Below are positions 13,770 to 21,431 of a stretch of DNA of 32,000 nucleotides, in pieces. The stretch's first letter is position 1; each line of letters opens with the position of its first letter. This DNA is from Fibrobacter succinogenes subsp. succinogenes S85 (GTDB lineage: Bacteria > Fibrobacterota > Fibrobacteria > Fibrobacterales > Fibrobacteraceae). The notes under the pieces are model-generated. The model made no database searches. It worked only from the letters and a program-made list of their open reading frames with translations, and had not been told where the DNA came from. Where the stretch lies: NCBI RefSeq assembly GCF_000146505.1, contig NC_017448.1, positions 1,110,001 to 1,142,000 on the forward strand, given 5' to 3'. The position numbers were made by a program, and so were the translations under genes.

Positions 13770-16700
13770 GCTCGTTTTTGCAGACGAACTGCTCGACTTG
13801 ACAGAAGAGCTAGACGAATCAGCCTTCTTGCTACTGCTAGACGGAGCCTTGACGCTCGACGAAGAACTCTTTGCGGTTGAGGACGACGACTTAATGACAT
13901 TGCTGGAAGACGAGCTGTTTACCGCCGAGGAAGACCACTTAGAATCACTGGATCCTTCGCTTGAGCTCAGGATGGCGTTGCTAGAAGACGAGCTGCTTGT
14001 TGCCGAGGACGAGGAAGAAACAGCGGAACTTGACGAAGACGGTTCTACGCTATAAGACATGCCGAACGCAACTTCGTCAAACACTGGATACGTATCGCTC
14101 TTTTTCCACACATGCCTATTTTCAACCGTCTTGCCGGAAGTGTTCAACAATTCCACAAACTCATCGGATTGCATGTACTTCGTGCTGAGCGGGCTTGTTA
14201 AAACGAAATTGATCTTATAATACTCATCGGCCTCAAAACCAAGCACCTCATCAATCTCGATACATCCCCTTTCTTGAGTGAAGGCGGAATCGTTATAAAC
14301 CAATACGGCAAATTCAGGTTCGGTAGCATTTGCACATTCATCCATAACAGCAATCGGGTTCGCTTTAGGGGCTTTTACCGGGGCTGCATTATAGACATTC
14401 TTAAAAGCAATATTGGTAACGAGATAGGAGTGATCAAAACCTGCAACAGACGAATGAGCTTTTGACGCAAGTCCATATATACCACCAGCGGCCACTTCCG
14501 ACGAGACTTCGCCCCAGTTATAGGCATCATCTAAAACAATGTTGGATCCCATCATTCCCAAAAGACCACCGACAAAAATCTCTCCACTATTTCCGACAGC
14601 CTTTACAGAGCCCGTATTCGCAATCATGCGACCATTACCTAAAGAGCCAGCAACACCACCAAGATAAGACACAGAGTTACTTTCAGCAACATCCAACGAG
14701 ACACTTCCCCCATTGAAAGCGTTCTCCAAATAACCACATTCGCCGCAAACTCCACCCAGTTGACTCCATTTACCCGTCGTAAGCCCATCGATACGGGCAT
14801 AGTTTACACCCTTCACAATAGAATCCGCTTTGGCAGCAAGGCCTCCAACAGAACCAGCCCCAACGACATAGCCTTCGTTAACGCAATCCTTGAGCGTTTT
14901 CGCTTCGCCTACAAGACCGCCAACAAGAACGTCTTTCGAACTATCATATTTTTTTGAAGGATTCGACTGTACAAATTTGACACTGCCCTCATTCTTGCCA
15001 GAAAGGACATTCGCCCTGGCAGCGATACCGCCAAATCTGATGTTTTCAAGCTTTGAAGAAGAAGAATCTACAAACGTAATGGCACCTTTGTTCAGGGAAT
15101 TCTTAACATTGATTTCGGTACGCAAATAGTCTCCGGCCAAAATACCACCGAAATTAATACCACCGCTAAGTTCATTTGCAACAACAACGACGGTAATATC
15201 ACCATAATTGGCACAAGAATCAATACCATTAGCACCAATGGCTAATCCGGCAACATACGCCGGTGAAGACGAACCAACACGGAAACTGAAATCACCCACT
15301 CTTGCATAAATTTTTCCGTAGTTTTTGGCCCCTTTAATCAAATCGGCTCTATTATCCGTCACAATCCCTGCAAGTCGGACACTTATGGTTCCATCGTATT
15401 CGATATCGCCCTCATTTGTGCTATTCAAAATGTTTCCCGTAGTGCCATTGATTAACGTAATTCCGGCGACATTAGTGATCTTCGAACCACTGCCTTGAAC
15501 CTTGATATTCCCGAGATTGCGGCTATTGCTGATAGTTCCTCGATTTTCATAGGCGATTCCCGCAACAGACACCGGATTATTCCCCGCAGAAAGATCATAA
15601 TTGCTGTAATTGACGCAACTATCTATAATAGAGAATCCAGTTTCATATCCATAATTCAACGACACAAATCCGCTAATCCGTATCTCATCCATCTGGTCCA
15701 TAACACCCTTTCGAAGCGACGATTTTGAAATCGTTCCTCTATTGGTATCTACAAAAGCTCCATGACCTGTAACAAGATAATTGACCAGATGCACATCCCT
15801 TATCGTACCATAGTTCGTACCAAACAGGGCTCCATTCAAACCGTAAATATTATGTCCATTGCCATTAAAAACATAACCTTTGATATATCGACCATATTCC
15901 GAAATCGTTTTCAGTTCACGCGTCATTACCGATAACGAATCCTTCCCCATCACAATATCATTGACAAGCGCGGCCCGTTGCGTAAAGGAGGCTCCAGTCG
16001 ACAAGTACCACGCCAATTCCGACGGAGTGAAAATCGCAACGTAAAGCGAAGTATCGAGGTGCATACGCCATTTCGGAACGCTCAGTTCGCCATTCCAGCC
16101 AATCGTAGTCGGGTCCGGGCGGTTCACGACCAAAGAAGGATCCTTGATTGTCTTGGAATACTTGGCATAAATGGTCGAAGGAGCATTGAACACAGTCGTC
16201 TTCGTCACGGTTTTTCCCGTGGAATCAACCCAGCTATCAAAATAACGACCTTCCGTAGAATAAGCAGACGGCAAATCGACAATATGTCCCTTGGCATCCG
16301 TCAAAGCATAGGACACAAAAACACTATCATCGAGGTCAATTCGGTAAACGGGCAAATGCGTAGAATCGCTAAAAATCGGATAGCCGCCATCATAGCTCCA
16401 CGTCAGTCTCGGATGTTCTGCTTCATCATAAGCAATTCGAGACTTGCCATCGTCACGGTCCGCTTCATTCAGTTTGTCGGCAAATTCAACGGACTGCATT
16501 TCCTTTGTCGATAACGCAAAGGACTCTTTTACCCGATTACCCTCACCCTCTACACCAACCAATTTAACTGAAGGTTGCAACGTAGAATCAAAAGCCGAGG
16601 TAATAATCGTACCCTGATTGTAGCCAACAACTCCACCAACAACATCCTTCGCAGTCACCTTGGATGCATAAGAGTACGAAGACGAAATCACGCCAAGATT

Positions 16701-18008
16701 TCTTCCGCAAATTCCACCAACCGTATCCCCTTCCAACGTTCCACGATTGATGACCTGGCTGAGCCCCCTATCCGTCATACCAGAAATACCACCAACAACC
16801 TGCCCTTTCACAAAGCCTTCGTTAATGCAAAGCGTAACGGGACCGGCATTGCCGATAATTCCTCCAGCGAAGATTCCTTCCACGCGCCCCTTGTTCACAC
16901 TATTACGGACTTTAGAACCGTAACCAGCAATACCGCCCGCATACAGTTTCTTTGTCGATATATCGCCTGAATTTTCGCAATAAGCGATATCGCCATATCC
17001 ACCGCCCGTGCCAACAATGCCGCCCATCATTCCGACATCGCCCGAAACAGCCCCCGTATTCTGGCTATAGGCTACAGGAGCATTAGACAATCCAGCAATT
17101 CCGCCGACTCGGGCATCGTTGTAAAGTTCGGGAGACTTGGATGTAATATTCCCTGAATTGGAGCAATAAGTAACCGAATCGTAGGAACCCTCGGTTTGTC
17201 TAAGGATTTCGCCTGCAATACCGCCCACGTTTTGACTTTCAAAGAAAGTCACATCAACATCGCTTGCATTGGAACTGCTATCAATCCAACCCTTCAGCAA
17301 ACCAACAATGCCACCAATCGAAACTTCATCTACGCCTACGTAGTAGTCTCCCTTTTCTTCGTCTTTGATCATTGTTTTCTGAAGAACTTCGATCTTTATC
17401 GCTCCGCCTCGGGTATGAACGTTGTGAATATTCGAATACTTAGCATACCCGACAAGGCTACCGCCATAAAAATCCCCGGCCCTATAAGTGGGATCCGCTT
17501 TCATCAAGACCTTGTAATTCGCGAGGGTCACGTTTTTCAATTCGGTATGTTCCACAAACCCAAACAATCCGAAAATGGAATCGGACTGGGTCGTTAAATC
17601 AAGACCGTAAATAGTATGGTTCTTGCCATCGAAAATCATCTCGCCGATGCGTTTTTCATTTTTGCCGATTGGAATCCACGGGTGTTCCGAGACGGAATTT
17701 TCGTCTTTTCCGAACACGAGGTCGTTATCCAATACGACAACGCCGCGCCATGGGATATTTTCAGTAGCTTTTTCCGGATTTTCAGCCGGTTCAACGGTAT
17801 TTACCAGCTGCGCCAAACCCGCCAACTGTTCCGGCGTAGAAATATGGTAAAGCGGCAGCGAAGCTTCATAATGAAAATCTTCATAATCATAAAAAATTAC
17901 GGTATCCCGAGCCGAGGGAACCTCAGCCGTCCCATCCCAAGCCGCAAACGAAAACGACGAAAAACAACAAACAGCCCACAAAAAGGCCGATTTTACCCGA
18001 ACCAACAT
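13548..18008 (-). CDS. Giant secreted GLUG-motif repeat protein (adhesin-like) with a Ser-rich linker and a T9SS-type C-terminal sorting domain
   Basis: 1486 aa with a strong AGGAGG Shine-Dalgarno sequence and a signal peptide (FLWAVCCFSSFSFAAW). There are dozens of GG(I/L/V)(A/V/C)G motifs spaced 20-30 aa apart (GGIAGEIL, GGIAGLSN, GGIVGTGG, GGIAGYGS, GGLVGEAK...). Two homologous ~600-aa modules each open with W(D/N)G..VP....I.TP.(E/Q)LA...F(D/N)G..H.IYGL. The linker is roughly 90 aa and mostly Ser. The last 73 aa (MAVQGRTITLHAS..VQVFDALGHHV...SGAYIVRVDGMSQRVVLK) resemble Por/T9SS CTDs. Confidence 0.9.
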   Translation of the reverse strand: MLVRVKSAFLWAVCCFSSFSFAAWDGTAEVPSARDTVIFYDYEDFHYEASLPLYHISTPEQLAGLAQLVNTVEPAENPEKATENIPWRGVVVLDNDLVFGKDENSVSEHPWIPIGKNEKRIGEMIFDGKNHTIYGLDLTTQSDSIFGLFGFVEHTELKNVTLANYKVLMKADPTYRAGDFYGGSLVGYAKYSNIHNVHTRGGAIKIEVLQKTMIKDEEKGDYYVGVDEVSIGGIVGLLKGWIDSSSNASDVDVTFFESQNVGGIAGEILRQTEGSYDSVTYCSNSGNITSKSPELYNDARVGGIAGLSNAPVAYSQNTGAVSGDVGMMGGIVGTGGGYGDIAYCENSGDISTKKLYAGGIAGYGSKVRNSVNKGRVEGIFAGGIIGNAGPVTLCINEGFVKGQVVGGISGMTDRGLSQVINRGTLEGDTVGGICGRNLGVISSSYSYASKVTAKDVVGGVVGYNQGTIITSAFDSTLQPSVKLVGVEGEGNRVKESFALSTKEMQSVEFADKLNEADRDDGKSRIAYDEAEHPRLTWSYDGGYPIFSDSTHLPVYRIDLDDSVFVSYALTDAKGHIVDLPSAYSTEGRYFDSWVDSTGKTVTKTTVFNAPSTIYAKYSKTIKDPSLVVNRPDPTTIGWNGELSVPKWRMHLDTSLYVAIFTPSELAWYLSTGASFTQRAALVNDIVMGKDSLSVMTRELKTISEYGRYIKGYVFNGNGHNIYGLNGALFGTNYGTIRDVHLVNYLVTGHGAFVDTNRGTISKSSLRKGVMDQMDEIRISGFVSLNYGYETGFSIIDSCVNYSNYDLSAGNNPVSVAGIAYENRGTISNSRNLGNIKVQGSGSKITNVAGITLINGTTGNILNSTNEGDIEYDGTISVRLAGIVTDNRADLIKGAKNYGKIYARVGDFSFRVGSSSPAYVAGLAIGANGIDSCANYGDITVVVVANELSGGINFGGILAGDYLRTEINVKNSLNKGAITFVDSSSSKLENIRFGGIAARANVLSGKNEGSVKFVQSNPSKKYDSSKDVLVGGLVGEAKTLKDCVNEGYVVGAGSVGGLAAKADSIVKGVNYARIDGLTTGKWSQLGGVCGECGYLENAFNGGSVSLDVAESNSVSYLGGVAGSLGNGRMIANTGSVKAVGNSGEIFVGGLLGMMGSNIVLDDAYNWGEVSSEVAAGGIYGLASKAHSSVAGFDHSYLVTNIAFKNVYNAAPVKAPKANPIAVMDECANATEPEFAVLVYNDSAFTQERGCIEIDEVLGFEADEYYKINFVLTSPLSTKYMQSDEFVELLNTSGKTVENRHVWKKSDTYPVFDEVAFGMSYSVEPSSSSSAVSSSSSATSSSSSSNAILSSSEGSSDSKWSSSAVNSSSSSNVIKSSSSTAKSSSSSVKAPSSSSKKADSSSSSVKSSSSSAKTSLPVIAHQRFRMAVQGRTITLHASKGRTVQVFDALGHHVMSKAIPANGETSVTLQESGAYIVRVDGMSQRVVLK

Positions 18009-18199
18009 GGATTCCTCCTTATTTCAATAGAAATAATAATTTGTTTCTAGAAGAAAAACAATCCTTTTGAAGTTATAACAGCCCATAAAATCTTTTTATT
18101 GACACAGATATAGCCGGATAGAGCGGTTTTTGCTATTTTTACCCCGTAATTTTTAAATTGGGTTCACGCCCAAGACAACCCCTAAAAAGGAACACAACA

Positions 18200-19306
18200 A
18201 TGGCAAATAAAGTCTATAACTTTAGCGCAGGACCGTCGGTCTTGCCGGAACAGGCACTCAAGGAAGCATCTGCTGCATGCATCGACTTCGAAAACAGCGG
18301 CATCAGTATCCTCTCCATGAGTCACCGTTCAAAGCCGATTGAAAACATGTTCGCCCAGACGGAACAGTACCTCCGTGAATTGATGGGCATCCCGGAAGAC
18401 TACGACATCGTGTTCCTCGGTGGTGGTTGCTCACTTTTGTTCTGCATGCTCCCGATGAACTTCCTCGACCAGAACGCAACGGCCGACTACGCTTTGACCG
18501 GCGTTTGGGCAAACAAGGCTTACAAGGAAGCAAAGCAGTTCGGTAACGCTCTCGCCGCTTGCGACACCAAGTCTGAAACTTACAGCCGCATCGACAAGAA
18601 CTTGAAGCTCAGCGACAACGCCACGTACCTCCACGTGACCGCCAACAACACGATTTACGGTACGGAATGGCACAACTTCCCGAAGCCGAAGTCTGGCTTC
18701 CTCATGGCTGACGTGAGCTCCGACTTCCTCGCCCGTAAGATCAACGTGTCTGACTTCGGTGTCGTCTATGGCGGCGCTCAGAAGAACATCAGCTGCGCTG
18801 GCGTGACTGTCACGATCATCAAGAAGGGCCTTCTCGGCAAGGTGAACCGCACCATCCCGACCATGCTCAACTTCCAGACTCACATCGACGCTGCCAACAT
18901 GTTCAACACTCCTCCGGTCTTTGCCGTGTACGTGATGAACCGCACCCTCAAGTGGCTCAAGGATTTCGGTGGCGTGGACGCTATCGAAAAGGTGAACCGC
19001 AGCAAGGCTGCTCTCCTCTACAGCGCACTCGACAACTCCAAGGTGTTCGTCGGTACGGCCGCTAAGGAAGACCGTTCTATCATGAACGTTCCGTTCGTGT
19101 TCAACAAGGACGTCGTTGCAGCTGACAAGGCTGACGATCTCGCCAAGGAATTCCTTGAATTCGCTAAGGCTCGTGGCCTCCAGCAGCTCAAGGGTCACCG
19201 TTCTGTCGGCGGCTTCCGCGCTTCCATCTACAACGCCATGCCGGTCGAAGGCGTGCAGGCACTCGTTGACTGCCTCGGCGACTTCGAAAAGAAAGTTCTT
19301 GGCTAA
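18200..19306 (+). CDS. serC: Phosphoserine aminotransferase
   Basis: MANKVYNFSAGPSVLPEQALKEA..., GGGCSLLF, YGGAQKN (PLP-lysine context) and GHRSVGGFRASIYNAMP are canonical SerC blocks. The ATG at 18200 follows an AGGA Shine-Dalgarno sequence. The track start at 18158 is an upstream extension. Confidence 0.95.
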   Translation: MANKVYNFSAGPSVLPEQALKEASAACIDFENSGISILSMSHRSKPIENMFAQTEQYLRELMGIPEDYDIVFLGGGCSLLFCMLPMNFLDQNATADYALTGVWANKAYKEAKQFGNALAACDTKSETYSRIDKNLKLSDNATYLHVTANNTIYGTEWHNFPKPKSGFLMADVSSDFLARKINVSDFGVVYGGAQKNISCAGVTVTIIKKGLLGKVNRTIPTMLNFQTHIDAANMFNTPPVFAVYVMNRTLKWLKDFGGVDAIEKVNRSKAALLYSALDNSKVFVGTAAKEDRSIMNVPFVFNKDVVAADKADDLAKEFLEFAKARGLQQLKGHRSVGGFRASIYNAMPVEGVQALVDCLGDFEKKVLG

Positions 19307-19351
19307 TTGAGACGAGATGCCGCGCCCCGCGCGGTATAACGCATTTGAGAA

Positions 19352-19378
19352 AGCCTCGGCCTAGTGCCGGGGCTTTTT
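19352..19378 (+). terminator. Rho-independent terminator after serC
   Basis: agcctcggc-ctagt-gccggggct (one G-T pair) is followed by ttttt. Confidence 0.6.
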
Positions 19379-19399
19379 CGTTTATTCTGTTTAAGGGTG

Positions 19400-19420
19400 A
19401 TGCCCGTTCAAAGCGGGCAT
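19400..19420. repeat. Short GC-rich palindromic (REP-like) hairpin
   Basis: The sequence is atgcccg-ttcaaag-cgggcat. It is flanked by ggtg and gag, in the same style as the other small intergenic palindromes in this window. Confidence 0.4.
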
Positions 19421-19458
19421 GAGATATTAAAAAGTGCCGCCGGACTATAAAAGAAGAA

Positions 19459-19492
19459 CCTCCTCATGGAGTATGAGGAGGTCCTATTTTTT
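19459..19492. terminator. Bidirectional terminator-like hairpin in the serC/ytfJ spacer
   Basis: cctcctcat-ggagt-atgaggagg is followed by tcctatttttt on the + strand and by ttcttctttt on the minus strand. Confidence 0.55.
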
Positions 19493-19980
19493 GTGTTAGG
19501 AGTACGCCATTACGGCGCCTTGGAGGAGGATTTCGTGGCACGTATATCCCCGTGCCGGGCATTTTACAAGACCCCAACAACCAAACACGGTCTTGTAAAA
19601 CTAACGAGTACGTTCAGGACCTTCTTTTTGTTCTCAAAATTACTAACCCATATACACCCAAAGGCTTTCACTTTCTCGTTTTTACATGAATAAAGATACT
19701 CTTTTAAATTGCGAATGTCAATAGAAAACCCCATTTTTAAACATAATTTTGCAAAATATCACAAAACCAACAGCTCTCAAAATGTTCTCAAAAAATTCAA
19801 CAAGTTCTCAAAAACACAAAAAGAGAGAAAAAGACCAATAAAATTCGTTTTTTAACCATTTAAAACATGTAAAAACCTGAAAATTTTTCAAAAAAGCGTT
19901 TTTTACGTGAAGACCAGAGAAACAATTAAATTTTTCACGTAAATTCGGCCATTTTTTGAAATTTTGGTTTTCAACACACA

Positions 19981-20011
19981 TAAAAAAATGCCCGCACAAA
20001 AAAGGCGGGCA
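19981..20011 (-). terminator. Rho-independent terminator of the ytfJ-like gene
   Basis: On the minus strand, tgcccgcc-tttttt-gtgcgggca is followed by ttttttta. It lies about 35 nt downstream of the stop codon at 20046. Confidence 0.75.
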
Positions 20012-20045
20012 CAGCAAACACAAGGGAGAACTCAGCGACAACAGC

Positions 20046-20381
20046 TTAATTGTCAGCAGGCTTCTTTGCGAATTTATTCGTAATATCAGGAACGATATCC
20101 ATAATCTTTGAGACAAGCGAGCTATCCTTGGTAATCGGCATGATGCGTACGTCATCGCCCTTGATGACAAGGAATGCGACCGGATCGACCGAAGCGCCAC
20201 CGCCAGATGCAGATGTATCGCCCTTGTTCTGGTGACCGCCAAAACCAAAGCCCACGGACACGCGGCTTACAGGCACGACGGTTGTTTCGCCCGCCTGGAT
20301 AGGTTCACCAATGACAGTTTCCGCCTTCGTGATGAAGCGGAGCTTTTCCAAAAGAGTTTCAGCAAGTTTTTCAATAGCCAT
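20046..20381 (-). CDS. GerW/YtfJ-family protein (the sporulation-protein YtfJ family)
   Basis: 111 aa. LLEKLRFITKAETVIGEPIQAGETTVVPVSRVSVGFGFGG......GGGASVDPVAFLVIKGDDVRIMPI matches the YtfJ/GerW pattern (V.G.P.......IIPV..V..GFG.GGG.....G.G.G....P.A.LVI....V). Confidence 0.8.
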   Translation of the reverse strand: MAIEKLAETLLEKLRFITKAETVIGEPIQAGETTVVPVSRVSVGFGFGGHQNKGDTSASGGGASVDPVAFLVIKGDDVRIMPITKDSSLVSKIMDIVPDITNKFAKKPADN

Positions 20382-20400
20382 GGCTCTAATATAGATTATA

Positions 20401-20430
20401 GACGAGAGACGAAAGACGAAAGACGAAAGA
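20401..20430. repeat. Tandem heptamer tract (GACGARA) x4
   Basis: The tract reads gacgaga gacgaaa gacgaaa gacgaaa ga. It starts 20 nt upstream of the ytfJ-like start codon (minus strand). Confidence 0.95.
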
Positions 20431-20450
20431 AATACATAAAAAAGAGGCTA

Positions 20451-20473
20451 GTGGTTGGTGGTTAGTGGTTAGG
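20451..20473. repeat. Tandem heptamer tract (GTGGTTR) x3
   Basis: The tract reads gtggttg gtggtta gtggtta gg. Confidence 0.9.
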
Positions 20474-20499
20474 ATTGCAGTAAAGACGTTCCTTCTGCA

Positions 20500-20541
20500 C
20501 CCCTGTTTACTAACCCCTGTTTACTAATCACTGTCTACTGC
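20500..20541. repeat. Tandem 14-mer (2 x 7 nt) tract, two perfect copies plus one degenerate copy
   Basis: The tract reads cccctgtttactaa cccctgtttactaa tcactgtctactgc. It is followed by the hairpin gcggc-taaa-gccgc, which overlaps the stop codon of the upstream gene. Confidence 0.9.
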
Positions 20542-20552
20542 GGCTAAAGCCG

Positions 20553-21428
20553 CTAATACCTAGCCCCGTAGACACGGTCGCTCGCGGTAAAGAATTTGCG
20601 TTCCAAATCCGTCCAGTCGAGGTAGCCCCACACCGCCACGATTCGGCCACCAGGCAGTCTCGTCGCCATGCCATTCACGCCTTCGCCCGCATTAAAGTAA
20701 AGCGTCGAGGTTTCGCGATAAATACCCTTGGGTTGCACAATGTTCAGCTGGCGGCCCCAGGCGATAAAGTCGTTCTCTTCGACAAGGTCCCAGCTGCGGG
20801 CAACGTTCCACTGCAAGTCGGAGTCCCTATAGCTTTGGGCGAGTACCGGGAAATAAGCCTTCACGCCAATAAAATACTTCGTCAAGATGGACGTATGTCC
20901 CGGTTCACGGTGTTCAAACGGGAGGCTCAGGAATTCCTGCGGGAAACCGCCGTGGCGCGGGTTCGGGAACTGGCGGACGTAATTTTCAAGGTCGCTACGT
21001 TCATAGCGGCGGAAGCTATCGTGCTTGAAAATGAAGATTCGAGCCGCAGAACGGATACTTTGTTCAAGGAAAGAGCCGCGCAAAATCGGGACAATCCCCT
21101 GAAAGCGGCCACTGTTCATGTAATAATCGAGCGCATACACATCGCTCTTGAATTCAAGAATCGTCACATCAAGCGTGTCACCCGTCATGTTCATCGGATA
21201 ACGCAAATCAACACGCTTCACAAGAGCTTTAATATCATCGTTCGGATTATCGTCAATGCGGATTTCATCCATCGGCCACCTGTCGTTGTAGCACAATTCC
21301 GTATAATCGACAGATTCCTCTTCTTTCGGTTCGCAAGCACACAAAACAAATGTGGCCGCGCAAGCACAAACGCAGACAAACTTAGGCAACACCGAAAGGA
21401 AACGATTCATACTCTTAAAATTTAGCAT
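20553..21428 (-). CDS. Hypothetical lipoprotein
   Basis: 291 aa. It has a hydrophobic N-terminus with Cys-rich lipobox-like ends (FVCVCACAATFVLCAC-EPKEE). I recognise no family. It begins 4 nt after the stop of the upstream gene, which suggests co-transcription. The start is uncertain (21428 or 21410). Confidence 0.7.
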   Translation of the reverse strand: MLNFKSMNRFLSVLPKFVCVCACAATFVLCACEPKEEESVDYTELCYNDRWPMDEIRIDDNPNDDIKALVKRVDLRYPMNMTGDTLDVTILEFKSDVYALDYYMNSGRFQGIVPILRGSFLEQSIRSAARIFIFKHDSFRRYERSDLENYVRQFPNPRHGGFPQEFLSLPFEHREPGHTSILTKYFIGVKAYFPVLAQSYRDSDLQWNVARSWDLVEENDFIAWGRQLNIVQPKGIYRETSTLYFNAGEGVNGMATRLPGGRIVAVWGYLDWTDLERKFFTASDRVYGARY

Positions 21429-21431
21429 ACA

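Noticed and set aside
19466-19693. The 75-aa ORF on the + strand in the serC/ytfJ spacer, and a 32-aa minus-strand ORF (MPGTGIYVPRN...) in the same region.
   Set aside because: Neither has a Shine-Dalgarno sequence. Both run through hairpin stems, their composition looks like translated structured or AT-rich DNA, and they show no motifs. The region is better explained as non-coding.
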